From Mizuhopecten yessoensis (Eukaryota): DNA of 64,000 nucleotides. This document shows positions 23,395-38,300 of this stretch, piece after piece. Where the stretch lies: assembly GCF_002113885.1 (NCBI RefSeq), contig NW_018406469.1, positions 244,105 to 308,104 of the forward strand. The letters are read 5' to 3'. The position numbers and the translations under genes were made by a program. Every line of letters begins with the position of its first letter. Positions within the stretch are counted from its first letter, which is position 1. The notes beneath the pieces were generated by a model. The model had not been told where the DNA came from. It saw nothing but the letters and a program-made list of their open reading frames with translations, and searched no databases.

Positions 23395-26300
23395 TTAGGA
23401 CTTGATGACCTTGAGAAGCCACTGGACGATGTCAGTGCCTTGAGCCGTGTAGCCAAAGCTCGGGTCAAATAGACTCTCTAAAGCTGCAATGTTCTTTTTC
23501 GTCACCTCAAATGGCAGCTGAGGATAAAATAAGAAATTTTGTGATGGAGTAGGTACATGCATGCTGATTCACCGTATCATTTTTCAGAAAACGTGTTGCC
23601 ACTGATTGTATCCAACTGTTTCTGACCGATACATGCAGCGAAACCATATACAATGGTCAAATTTTCAGGTATATATACATTTTGCTTTTAGGCATAGAGG
23701 AGTTTGTGTATTCAATGAGTCACAATTTCATTTTATGCATCAAAATACATATCATATTTCTCCTAAGGTGTTTATAGCAATGTTTTTAAAATTGGACTAT
23801 TACAAAGTCATTAGAATTTTTAATCGTGTTTTCTGATTCTATACAAAAAATCACTTTACATTTTAATATAAGTAGTCTGCACAAGAAAAGATTAGGAGAA
23901 TGCGAAGCATTAAAACTATAAGTACACTGATCAAACACATTGTTATTATAATTTAAAACAATCTGTCACTTTTGTTTCAGCTATGCCAGCATCTAGTTTT
24001 GCAATCTATTTTTTGGGAAAACATGAGGCTTGCTATTGTGAAATTCATAAGCATTTTTTGTGATGGTAGCATTGAATTGCATTGATTTTTGGCATTACGG
24101 TCTGTAAGAATGACACACTGCTTTGCTGGCAAAAAGAATATAGACTGTAAATGTCATATCAACACAGTTCAATTATTATATTTACCATTTCAAGAGTATT
24201 TCAACTCATTCACCCCTGAAATTCCATAATGAACTATTCCAACCTTTGAATTGGAAGAGTTCAAATATGTCTTCGGGGATGAATGAGTTAATATATCATA
24301 GAAATCAAAATGTGCTTGTTTAAATTCTGCATATAGTTCAAATTAGTGTATCGGGTATGCTTGTTCAATGTATAAAAATAACAGCCAATTTCCATAGAGG
24401 GTCAATGTTATAAATAATGTGACCATTATGACATTATGGCATTTACAGTCTTTATATAAATGTATCGGGAAGATTTGTTCCTGTATAACCAACCAGAACT
24501 TACTGTTAATACACCTACCTCTGTTGAAACCACTGATCCAGTCTCAGATTTGTCTGTTAATACACCTACCTCTGTTGAAACCACTGATCCAGTCTCAGAT
24601 TTGTCTGTTTATACGCCTACCACTGTAGAAAGTACTGATCCAGTCTCAGATTTGTCTGTTAATTCCCCTACCTCTGTAGAAACCACTGATCCAGTCTCAG
24701 ATTTGCCTGTTTATACGCCTACCTCTTTAGAAACCACTGATCCAGTCTCAGATTTGCCTGTTAATATGCCTACCTCAGTAGAAACCACTGATCCAGTCTC
24801 AGATTTGTCTGTTAATACCCCTACCTCTTTAGAAACCACTGATCCAGTCTCAGAGTTGTCTGTTAATACGCCTACCGCTGTAGAAACCACTGATCCAGTA
24901 TAAGATTTGTCTGTTAATACACCTACCTCTGTAGAAACCCCTGATCCAGTCTCAGATTTGTCTGTTAATCCGCCTACCTCTGTAAAAACCACTGATCCAG
25001 TCGCAGATTTGTCTGCTAATACACCTACCTCTGTAGAAACCCCTGATCCAGTCTCAGATTTGTCTGATAATACACCTACCTCTGTAGAAACCCCTGATCC
25101 AGCCTCAGATTTGTCTGTTAATACGCCTACCGCTGTAGAAACCACTGATCCAGTATAAGATTTGTCTGTTAATACACCTCCCTCTGTAGAAACCACAGAT
25201 CTAGTCTCAGATTTGTCTGTTAATTCCCCTACCTCTGTAGAAACCACAGATCCAGTCTCAGATTTGTCTGGTAATACACCTACCTCTGTAGAAACCATTG
25301 ATCCAGTATCAGATTTGTCTGTTAATACACCTACCTCTGTAGAAACCACTGATCCAGTATCAGATTTGTCTGTTAATACACCTACCTCTTTAGAAACCAC
25401 AGATCCAGTCTCAGATTTGTCTGTTAATACACCTACCTCTGTAGAAACCACAGATCCAGTCTCAGATTTGTCTGTTACTACGCCTACCTCTGTAGAAACC
25501 ACTGATCCAGTCTCAGATTTGTCTGCTAATACACCTACCTCTGTAGAAACCACAGATCCAGTCTCAGATCTGTCTGTTAATACGCCTACCTCTGTAGAAA
25601 CCACTGATCCAGTCTCAGATTTGTCTGTTAATACACCTGCCTCTGTAGAAACCACAGATCCAGTCTCAGATTTGTCTTTTAATACACCTCCCTCTGTAGA
25701 AACCACTGATCCAGTCTCAGATGTGTCTGCTAATACACCTACCTCTGTAGAAACCTCTGATCCAGTCTCAGATTTGTCTGTTAATACACCTTCCTCTGTA
25801 GAAACCCCTGATCCAGTCTCAGATTTGTCTGTTAATACACCACCTCTGTAGAAACCACTGATCCAGTCTCAGATGTGTCTGCTAATACACCTACCTCTGT
25901 AGAAACCACAGATCCAGTCTCAGATTTTTCTGTCTTCTCTGCTTTCTCTTTCTCTGCCTTTTCTGATTTCTCCTTCTCGGCTTTCTCCGACAATTCCCCG
26001 ATGGAGTTGGCGTGGGGCAGACCAAGCAGGGTCTTTACATCATCCAAACACTGCTTCAGCAGGTTCTGACAAAATAATCATCACTTCTTTGTCACCACAA
26101 ACACAATTTAAATCACATAAATTATGGTTTTGTCAACCACAAACACTGATGTAAATAGGTTTTGTTATTCATCACACATAACCAAGTTTTGTCTTCACAA
26201 TTGCAGAAATTGTCATCAAAAACAGGTTGTGTGTCACAAACACAGATTCTGTCATCATAAACACAGATACACAGGTTTTTTCATCACAAAGATTCACTCA

Positions 26301-29300
26301 ACACCTGTGCTTTATTAACAAGACATATTTAGGTTTCTTCTTTGAACAGACATCAGAAATTGAATGACATAAATCAAGAGCTGATAAATTTCCTAAATCC
26401 ATGGCGTATTACCCAAGTCTATCACGAAAACATCATGACCTGTGTTTAATAAATCACCCTTGTCCTCGCTGCTACAACCAGCATGCTGATGGCCATGTTA
26501 GCTATACCAAGGATTGTAGAATTTATTGTAGTATCAAAATACATTGGACATGACTGCATTTCAAATTGGATATCACAATTTTTAAGCAAACAACTGGAAA
26601 ACACATGGTTGTCCTGCTCCTTTACCCCATGTTACATAAGCTAACATACCCAACAACTGTCCGTTAATACCGATTCCACAACACATAGGCAACAAATGTC
26701 ATTATACAACATTAGTACGACAGGAAACTTACATAAACTGACATACCCAACAACTGTCCGTTAATACCGATTCCACAACATGTAGGCAACAAATGTCATT
26801 ATACAACATTAGTACGACAGGAAACTTACATAAGCTGACATACCCAACAACTGTCCATTAATAATTAATACCGATTCCACAACACATAGGCAACAAATGA
26901 CAGAATACAACATTAGTACGACAGGAAACTTACAAAAACTGCCATACCCAACAACTGTCCGTTAATACCGATTCCACAACATGTAGGCAACAAATGACAT
27001 TATACAACATTAGTACAACAGGAAACTTACATAAGCTGACATACCCAACAACTGTCTGTTAATACCGATTCCACAACACATAGGCAACAAATGACAGAAT
27101 ACAACATTAGTACGACAGGAAACTTACAAAAACTGCCATACCCAACAACTGTCCGTTAATACCGATTCCACAACACATAGGCAACAAATGACAGAATACA
27201 ACATTAGTACGACAGGAAACTTCCATAAGCTGACATACCCAACAACTGTCCATTAATAATTAATACCGATTCCACAACACATAGGCAACAAATGACATAA
27301 TACAACATTAGTACGACAGAAAACTTACATAAGCTGACATACCCAACAACTGTCTGTTAATACCGATTCCACAACACATAGGCAACAAATGACATTACAC
27401 AACATTAGTACGACAGAAAACAGACATAAGCTGACATACCCAACAACTGTCTGTTAATACCGATTCCACAACACATAGGCAACAAATGACAGAATACAAC
27501 ATTAGTACGACAGGAAACTTACATAAGCTGACATACCCAACAACTGTCCGTAATACCGATTCCACAACACATACCCAACAAATGACATTATACAACATTA
27601 GTACGACAGAAAACCTACATAAGCTGACATACCCAACAACTGTCCATTAATACCGATTCCACAACACATAGGCAACAAATGACATTATACAACATTAGTC
27701 AACAGAAAACAGACATAAGCTGACATACCCAACAACTGTCCGTTAACACCCATTCCACAAAACATAGGCAACAAATGACATTATACAACATTAATACGAC
27801 AGGAAACTTACATAAGCTGACATACCCAACAACCGTCCGTTAATACCGATTCCACAACACATAGTCAACAAATGACATTATACAACATTAGTCAACAGAA
27901 AACAGAAATAAGCTGACATACCCAACAACTGTCCGTAATACCGATTCCATAACACATCCCCAACAAATGACATTATACAACATTAGTACTACAGAAAACA
28001 GACATAAGCTGACATACCCAACAACTGTCCGTTAATACCGATTCCACAACATGTAGGCAACAAATGACATTATACAACATTAGTACGACAGGAAACTTAC
28101 ATAAGCTGACATACCCAACAACTGTCTGTTAATACCGATTCCACAACACATAGGCAACAAATGACAGAATACAACATTAGTACGACAGAAAACAGACATG
28201 TACACTTGATAGTGGGAAAGACATCCTTCCTGGGGTTAACATTACCATATTCCATCACCAAATGACATTTGACTAATTTGCATATGGACTCTTGTTATGA
28301 ACACAATTTATTCCAGGTTCCCAGCATTGACACAATCTTATATATGACACACTGTCTGTACGGCCCGACACCAAACTTACCTCATTCTCAATGAGATCCT
28401 CAGGATCTACGAAATCCTTAGAGAACAAAAATCTACTGTATGACTGCTGTTTCAATGACATGTTGCTAACACATATAACCCCAAACAATCAGAGATTCTG
28501 ATATACCGGTATTGAAATTCTCAACTACCTGGTATTAGCAATAAGCAGTGTTGTAAATATCATTTTTTGACACAATTATCCATAAAGAGTGTGTTTATTG
28601 TAAAAAGTAAATTAATGTATACCCTTACTCTAATACATATCATCGTCATAGAAAGACAAAAACTTGTGAATCCAACACTAGAAAGATCGATTCCTGTAGA
28701 CATTGTGAACATTTCATTCATCATCGAGCTGACTGTGCGGTCCAAATATATTACATTCCGGCCACCTGGTGAAACTACACAATCAATTTGCTTTTACAGA
28801 TGCAATGACAACGCAAACATGAAAATACGATAATGAAAACGTGAAGCATCTACACATGACGTGACACACATAAAAGCCAAATAAAAATTGTAAGCTTGTT
28901 TGTGTTCCCTCCAAGGACTGCACAAACACCCTGATCAATATGTAATTCGTCACTTAAGTGGGGAGGGGGGAGTGTCTTTTGAAATTACAAGAAATGGAGC
29001 AAGAAGGAAACAAATAACGCTGATAAAGGCTGAGGAAGTAACCTTATATTCATAAAAACATCAAACTGATGGATTTAACCCTTTCACCGCTGTATAGACC
29101 ATAATGGACTCATCCATAGTAGAGTCTAGTGAAGTTACATAAGAGTGAAAGGGTTAAACAGGAAGACTTACAAAACTTCTACAGTAATGATGAGAGGATT
29201 TCAATTTCACTCTCACAAGTATGCTAGCCTCAACTCAGATAAAATAAATCAAAATACCAGCACCTGAAGCAAAATAGTGAAAGCGCTACAAAATGTGACT

Positions 29301-32300
29301 CGCCCCAAACCACTGTGCTTACCTCGATGGGAAGAAAGTCCTTTTGAAAAATCAGCATGCAATGTTAAACATTATACAACAAGAAATAACAAAATAACAG
29401 AGTAAAATGTGCTTTTAGAAGTGGCATGTGTTAAATTAACTCAATTTGTGTTAAATTTACTAAAACTGCAAGTGTGAAGTAACCTTCAAACTAGACAGAA
29501 ATTTAATCCAGGCAAGTGTCTAAGATACTTACGAATGACCAATGTTGTCCAAAGGACAAGACTGTAGCTACGGAACTTATGTCCAATAAGTTCACTAAAA
29601 CTACTAGACCTACACTGTATACTAGACTCTTTACACATTGTCCAATGTGGTCACTGACACTAGACTGTTGAGAGCATATCTATTTTGCTGCATTTGAAGA
29701 TTATGAATTTGATGGACACTCGCATATATTTTCAATCATCACACTTCCAGCAGGTGTTTCAGCCTTATGTGTACTTACCTCAAGTCGCTCATCCCGTTCA
29801 ACCTTTGGGGAAAGGGCCTTGATTCTCTGACCCTTTTTGGGTTTGGAGGCAGGGGTTGGAGAAGGTGCCACAAGATCCTTCTTCTTCTTCTCTACCAGGG
29901 AGATTTCTGCCCTCTGAGCCAGCACAGCCAACCTGCAGGGTAGAAAAACGGTATTTCATCACAGTGACTATTAAAGAAATGAAATGTTGTAAGCGAAGAC
30001 AGAAATATAAGTTAATTTTTATCTCTTTACCATAACTCTAGCATCAGCTTAACACAGATGATGATCAGTTTTTATTGTTGAACAGTTTGAGCAAAGGTGA
30101 GATGTGACAGATTTTAACCTGTTGTGAAAACTGTCGACATTTACCTGTCAAGAGAGTAGCTGTGATATATTTACCTGTTGACAAGGTTGCTCTGCTGTGA
30201 TAGATATAAATATATATTGCATTTGGTTGTAAGGCAGTCAAGCTGTGACAGACTTTCTTGTCATGAATACCACTTAACTTTGACAGACTTACTTATATTG
30301 AAGATCACTGAGCTGATGGCTGACTTACCTGTCATGAAGGTCGTTGAGCTGTGACAGGGACACCCACTGCACGCCCGGCTGACAAACAGAGCCCATTTTT
30401 TTATAAATGGCATGCATCAAAAGGATGCGCGATTCTGCCCCTGATGCTTCTGGGCTCTGGGGGTCATTCTCCTCCAGGGATGGCTGGTAGAACTGCAGTG
30501 CCACCTCCATGTCTGCAGGGGAGATAATTGGCTTATCTGAGGGCATGTAAGGCTTGATCACTGTCCCAGGAGGGAGCGGTGCCTCTCCAGGCTCTGCCAC
30601 AGTTGCCATGACAATAGAATTGTCTGTGTCAACTGTGAGATTTGAAGTATAAGACTTGAAGGTCACATCGAGGTCATAATTGGTGTCAGTAGGGGGCAGC
30701 ACCAGCTGTTCTGGGGGATAGATACCACAGCATTCTGACCTGTAGGCCTGGAGGTTGTTGGCTAGATAATCATGGATCTTGGTAAGTCGTCTGGACCACA
30801 TTCCCGAGAACAGCATCGACCGGATCATGTCATGGTTCACAGTGGTGTCCGAGTGGGCATGACTGATGAAACCAAGATCAAACTCAGGAAGCTCCTCTTC
30901 CTCTGGATCTTTTTCCTTTCGGTTAGATTTGTGACTGGAAGCCGAGATCGTGGATGTGTTGCACAATCTCTGGAGTATACTCTGGTAGCCTGTCGATCAC
31001 AAAATGTTATAGGTAACAAACTCATCCATTTGCCAACTAGCTAATCACAAGATGTCAGGTCATCGATTAGAATTCAATCTTTGTGATACATGTATATCAA
31101 TCACAAGATATCAATACATAAATGCAGACAAAAGTCACAAATTTCCCCTTCTAGTAATCTATTTCTTCAATAATACCATAAAACAGTTTATGTAACAGAA
31201 AAGCTAAAATAAACGAGAAACAAATTTAGAAATTACATGATTTTCGTACATTTGTAATTTAAAAGGGTGTAACTCAATGATTGTAGTATGATAGATGAAC
31301 ACCTAGTACTGACCTAGGAAGTGTATCCAGCTGAGTTCCTTGGCTCCCTCCTGAGCCTTCATCACTTGCTCATCATAAGTATCAATATGCTTCACCTCAT
31401 TGGCCTCTATCAGGGGAGCTAACTCTTCCTCTATTTGGCCTGTAAGTCAAGAAAGCGAGATAGTGAGGAAGTTAAACATTGTTACCTCATAATAAACAAC
31501 TAAAATGGAGACATTTCCAAACTCTTTTGAATCTGAACGATTATCACTACATCAACTGTTCGGCTGTAATACACATATACTTATAAAATGATTCAATGGA
31601 TTAGACTGTAAATGAATTATTTCTATGTGAACTGTTCCTTCACTGTTTTGTTTTTTTATCATAAACAAAGCTGTTTTTTTACACTATTATCTATCTCTGA
31701 ATATATTTTGTTATCATTTTTCCATTAATGTCATTTTATTGTTTTATTGTTTTGTAGGTATTAAAATGTACATGGCAGGCAAATGTTTAATAGATAAACC
31801 TTAAGATAAATATAAGTTTGAAAAGGTTGTGATGTGTTTGGATTCAGATATTTTGTAACTCTTTGCCGTAGGTAAAACATGCATGTAAATACTGAAGACC
31901 ATTTTCTTCTGTAATGTAATCAAACATATCATATTTGAATCATCAAACAGGATCGAGGCCTATATTGTTTCTGTCTTTCAAACTGATGAAATTCTTTTTA
32001 GTACTCAGTGTCTCCATATACAAACAACGCTACTTACTTTTATACACTTTCTTCCTTTCCCCGAGGACAAAGTCACTAACAAGATCAAGTGCTATAAACT
32101 CAGGAACCTGCTTCTGAGCATCGTCAGTAAGAGGCTGTGATGTGACGGAGGTGTCCCCGATGAGGAGAATGCGGGAGCGCTGGGCCTGACCCAAGGCCGC
32201 AGCACACCTAATAGCCGTCCAGGCTGCTCGCCTCTCCTTGTCTACATCCGCCATCTCATCTGGCTTATCGCCTTGTGACTTCATTGAGCTCTGTGTGCCT

Positions 32301-35300
32301 GAACGCTCTTTCTTACTCTGCAAGACCAAAACATTATTCAGATTCTGAACATTTTAACAACATTATGTACCCTCACTATTTAATACAAGCCTAGATCCAC
32401 AACCTTAAATTTGACATATATACACTTTTTATATAAATTTTATGTACCGGTATGTTACTTTTTTAAATGTGAAATCTGTTGTGTGATATGAAACAGAGTT
32501 ACCAATCAGAAGTTTTTGATGGAATGTTTTTTTCTGTTACAATTGAAATTAATTTTTAAACAATTCACTACAAATTCAGAATCAATGGATAAAATGATTA
32601 CCACATGATAATCCAGTAAGTAAGTAATTTGTGTACTCATGAGCTATATGTGATAAAAGCATACACACCTGCCCAAGCAATTCAATTGCAAAACACACTG
32701 TGATTCAAGTATACACACTGATTTATAGCCATGTATATGGGATGCATATGAAATTAGAGCCAAATTACCCTGATCAGTGTACAAATGGCATTGTAATGAT
32801 AGTATAGCCACACTTTAATGAATAGTAAATACATATGACATTATAATTTATAGCTATACTTCCATGAACAACATGACATAATATATAGCCATACTTCCAT
32901 GAACAACATGACATTATATATAGCCACACTTCCATGAACAACATGACGTTATATATAGCCACACTTCCATGAACAACATGACATTATATAATAGCCACAT
33001 TTCCACGGACAACATAAATATATGACAGTATAGCCACATTTTCATGAACAACATGACATTATAGCCACACTTTCATGAACAACATGACTTTATAGCACAC
33101 TTTCATGAACAACATGTTATTATATATAGCCACACTTCCATGAACAACATGACATTATATATAGCCACACTTCCATGAACAACATGACATTATATAATAG
33201 CCATATTCCACGAACAACATAAATATATGACAGTATAGCCACACTTTCATGAACAACATGAAATTATAGCCACACTTCCATGAACAACATGACTTTATAG
33301 CCACACTTCCATGAACAACATGACATTATAGCCACACTTCCATGAACAACATGACATTATATAATAGCCATATTCCACGAACAACATAAATATATGACAG
33401 TATAGCCACACTTTCATGAACAACATGACATTATAGCCACATTTCCACGAACAACATATATATATGACATTATAGCCACACTTTATGAACAGTATACATA
33501 TGACATTTAGCCACACTTCCATGAACAACATGACATTATAGCCACACTTCCATGAACCTGACATTATAGCCACACTTCCATGAACAACATGACATTATAT
33601 ATAGCCACACTTCCATGAACAACATGACATTATAGCCACATTTCCACGAACAACATATATATATGACATTATAGCCACACTTCATGAACAGTATACATAT
33701 GACATTATAGCCACACTTTTATGAACAGTATACATATTATATCCAGGCCTATAGGTATGAGTTGTCTCCTGTAATGTAAAGCTTTAACAACAACAACACA
33801 TACTGGACACACATATTAATACTAAATCAAGGACACACCCTGGTCAGACATCTCACATAATTATATCAATTAGTTTTGACCGTTTCATCGACCAAAAATC
33901 CTCAAATTACAGTGACAAATCTTTTCTCTTTAACAACCCTTTGACTACCCTTACATGCCTTTTTTCATACTTTACACAGTTAAAGATCATGAGAAAGATA
34001 TGTGAAAACATTCTCGGGAAGATGCTTCATACACATAAGTGCTGACCAGGGAGCCTCCTTAAAACATGGGTATAAACAATATAACATTAACATGGATGGT
34101 GAAATAGTAAGACATAAACTGAACAATATATCTGGAAAGTGCTCACCGGAGAATTTTCCTGTTTTGCCGATGACTGGAATGGATATACAGACTTGTGGGT
34201 TTTGTGATGGTTAGATCTATACAATGTTATGTAGGTAAATTTGTTTGTTCATGGTAATTCCTAAACATAAACCCTTACACACAATCTCTATCACTGAGGG
34301 AACGCTCAGGGTCATGTAAATTGTTAATGGCCGTGAAATCATGCATTCAACAACACTGTGTTGAGGGTCAAGGTCACATAATGAGTTAAGTGCTTTTTAC
34401 AATAAAGGCACAATTTGTTTGATGAATGTTACACCATAATTGATTGGATGGTTTACAGATGTTAAATGATCAATGATTGGATCATTTTCAGATGGAACAA
34501 CATCAATGATTGGATAGTTTGTAAATGTAACATCATCAAGGATTGGACTTTTTATAGATGTACACCATCAATGATTTTACTATTTATAGATGTAAACACC
34601 ATCAATGATTGGACATTTTATAGATGAAACACCATTAATGATAGGACTATTTATAGATGTAACACCATCAATGATTGGAATGTTTAAAGATGTAACACCA
34701 TCAATGATTGGACTGTTTAAAGATGTAACACAATCAATGATTGGACTGTTTAAAGATGTAACACCATCAATGATTGGACTATTTATAGATGTAACACCAT
34801 CAATGATTGGATTATTTATAGATGTAACACCATCATTGATTGGACTGTTTATAGATGTAACACCATCAATGATTGGACTATTTATAGATGTAACTCCATC
34901 TATGATTGAACCATTTATAGGTATTAATGACACAGTGAAAGTCTAACATAAAACAGGTGATAAAATGAATCCTTCAAAATGCACATTTTAAACATACAGG
35001 GTGGTCACTCGGTCACTCTTCACTGACTGTTACTTACCATCCACCTGAGTACAGATTTCTACCGTAGATAAGGGGTTGACCATTAATGGAATGACTTAAA
35101 CTCCTAACCATGCACAATTACACACAGCAGATGATATCAAGTATTACTGTTAAGTTTGATGAAAATAAAATCACAAAACTCTTAAAATGTCACAATTATT
35201 ACTGAAGGTTGTCAAAAATCAGAAGGAAAAAGAATTGAAACCTATAACCAAAAAAATAAATCCATGATAAATTAGGTTGTAATAGTGTCAAAAATTTGGA

Positions 35301-38300
35301 GTGCAAAATTATTTAAGCAGGTGCATGTACACTAAGTATATTCTTTGTAAAGGAAAAAAACTAACAGTTTATGTAAGTGCTGATAGAATCTAAACGTTTA
35401 ACCACAGGGGAGCCTAGACATTCCAATGATAAGCTTTACCCAGGGAATCTAGGTGAGGAATTCTGGGAGGACTAGTTATCATAGGGTGACTACTGACTGT
35501 ATCATGTCTACATGGATGTTAGTTACTAGCCTACATAGAGCTAGTCTCACCTGTTGTTTGCCTTTAGTCTTAGTCTGACGTAAAACATACAACACAAATC
35601 AATTCATTTTAACAAAATATGTGGATTTTTTTCCTTTATCATCCTTGTTTTATTTCAAAACTTGTAATTTCATATTTCTTCTTTACATTGACTTCTATAA
35701 ATCTTAATATCAAAAATGAGAAAATGAGAAAATTCACTTTATTTTGATTGTAAATCAATTCAAGAAGCGATCTGTTCCTAACTAAACATTGTGCAATGCC
35801 TCCTGGACCCCTAACTAAACATTGTGCAATGCCTCCCGGACCCCTATGTCTGTGTGAGTTATCTACCTTGCTTCTGAGTTTTCTCTTGGCAGCGGCCTGC
35901 TTGGCTGCAGCGTCTTCCCCAGAGTCGGCCACAAACTCCAGTGTACTGTTCTCCTTGATGAGGACCATACCAACGCTGTGGAGGTAGACCTGAGCAAGCT
36001 CCAGGTAGCCCTGTCGCATCAGTCTGACAACACACGTCAACATTATCATTTACAACAACAAAAGTCAACATACTCAGCCATGGCAACAAAGGTCATCATA
36101 CTCAGCCATGGCAACAAAGGTCAACATACTCACCATGGCATCACTCAACAATGACAACACAAGTTAACATAGCTGGACCATGACAACAAAGGTCAACATT
36201 ATCATTTACAACAGCATAAGTCAACATACTCAGCCATGGCAACAAAGGTCAACCTTGACAATACAGGTCAACATAGTCTTACTACACAGCCATGACCACA
36301 TATAGCTCAATATGTCTTTAAAAGGCAAATTTATTTCCAATTCTTTATATCATCATTTTTTTTTTATTCACAACACCTTCTAGTATAGCGATTTATATTC
36401 TAAATTTCTTTTAATTTCTAGCATGATATTTTGTTTTGTCCTAAATCAATGACAATATTTGCTGGTACCTACCCTAAATCATGGTCAGTTGAGAAGCTGA
36501 TTTTGATGGAGTCAATCAATGTCTCAGCTGCTTTTCTGTGGTTAAACTTGCCCATGTATACCAGCATCCTCTGGACTTTACCTAGAGAATTAAAGCAAGA
36601 GAGGTACAGATCGTATAACCATATACATGGCAGTGTTGTCTGTGATTTAGTTATTCAATGAAATCTGATTGATCACAGTGACCAACTACAAACACATTAT
36701 TGGTTCTGCCTACCTAAGTTGAAGAGTATCTCAGTGACCTACTTTAGAAAAACCAATCAATAACACTAATATAACTGGAGCAGAATAACAAAAACCTACA
36801 TTAAAGAGGGCGTAGTCATGAATGCATCACTTAACTAAAATACATTGCTGGTGACACACATACAATTGAAACATGATCACAGTGACCTACATTTGACATG
36901 TTGGTTATGCTTACCTTACTCGACTGGCACAGGGTCTTAGCAACCTACTTTCAACTTATGTGTGTGCCATTTACATAGCTAAAACAGTAATCTTCTTTAG
37001 ACAACGTGGGGGACATAGACACTCTAGAACATATTGATCTTATTTTAGGTACATTTTAGGGTGACACTTACTCGGCTGTAAGAGGATCACTGTGACCTAC
37101 TTTAGTCACCTTTAGGAAGATAACTACCAAGTGGTAATTAACAAGGTCACTGTGACCTACTTTAGACCCCTTTAGGGTAACACCTACCAAGTTGGAGTAA
37201 GATCTCAGCCTCTAGGTTGGCCTCCCTCATCACTGCCACTTGAGACAGCTCCCGAGCAGTGGTCAGTACCCCCAGGGCGTGGGTCCAGGTAACCACAGGG
37301 TCATTGTCAGTTCTGTAACATACATAGTCAGTGTTATCTATAACATACAGCAACACAATGGCCAGGTGGTGCAGTGAATAGCACTCTCACCTTTCACCCG
37401 GACAGCAGGGATTTGATTACCTGATCTGATGTGAAAATGTTTGGGGTCAATGTTATCTATAATGGTCATCTATCTCCGTTAACTACAAAACATTATAAAC
37501 AAACAGATAAAGTAAAATGTTATGTTTGCAAATGATTATTGAAATCAACTTTTATGTAACTTAATAAGGCTGTGATAAGTAAATTCCTGTCACCGTTTTC
37601 TACCTACCCTCCACAGATGTTTACTGTGATCAGAGAATGTTTTCTACCTTCCTTCCACGAATGTTTACTGTGATCAGAGAATGTTTTCTACCTACCCTCT
37701 ATGGATGTTTACTGTGATCAGAGAATGTTTTCTACCTACCCTCTATGGATGTTTACTGTGATCAGAGAACGTTTTCTACCTACCCTCTATGGATGTTTAC
37801 TGTGATCGGAAAATGTTTACTACGTACCCTCCACGGATGTTTACTGTGATCGGAGAACGTTTTCTATCTACCCTCTACGGATGTTTACTGTGATCGGAGA
37901 ATGTTTTCTACGTACCCTCCACGGATGTTTACTGTGATCGAAGAATGTTTTCTACGTACCCTCCACGAATGTACTTGGCAGCATTACGTGCCATAGCGTG
38001 GCCCACTCTCAACTTGATCTGGGCTAGGCGCAGCACATGTGGGAGGTAGATGTTCCGCATGGGACCTACAGGAGCAGAGAAGTGGGACTTCTCTCCCTTA
38101 GGGTAGTAGTGTTCAATCTTCTCCCCAAGGTCCTCCATCTGTAACATGAGTTAGAACCAATCATCTTACATTGTTAGAGAAGTCAAGAAAGGCCTGAATT
38201 AATACAATGATGGTTTAGATATATCTTGCAATGCCTCTAAATAAGAAGTTATTGTATGATGAACACTGATCCTGTCTGGAGTAAGTTCTCATACCTGTTG

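Noticed and set aside
24460-25851. Mucin-like Ser/Thr/Pro ORFs (147, 331 and 229 aa)
   Set aside because: Translations of the 51-bp intronic array, interrupted by stops and a frameshift, with no independent gene structure.
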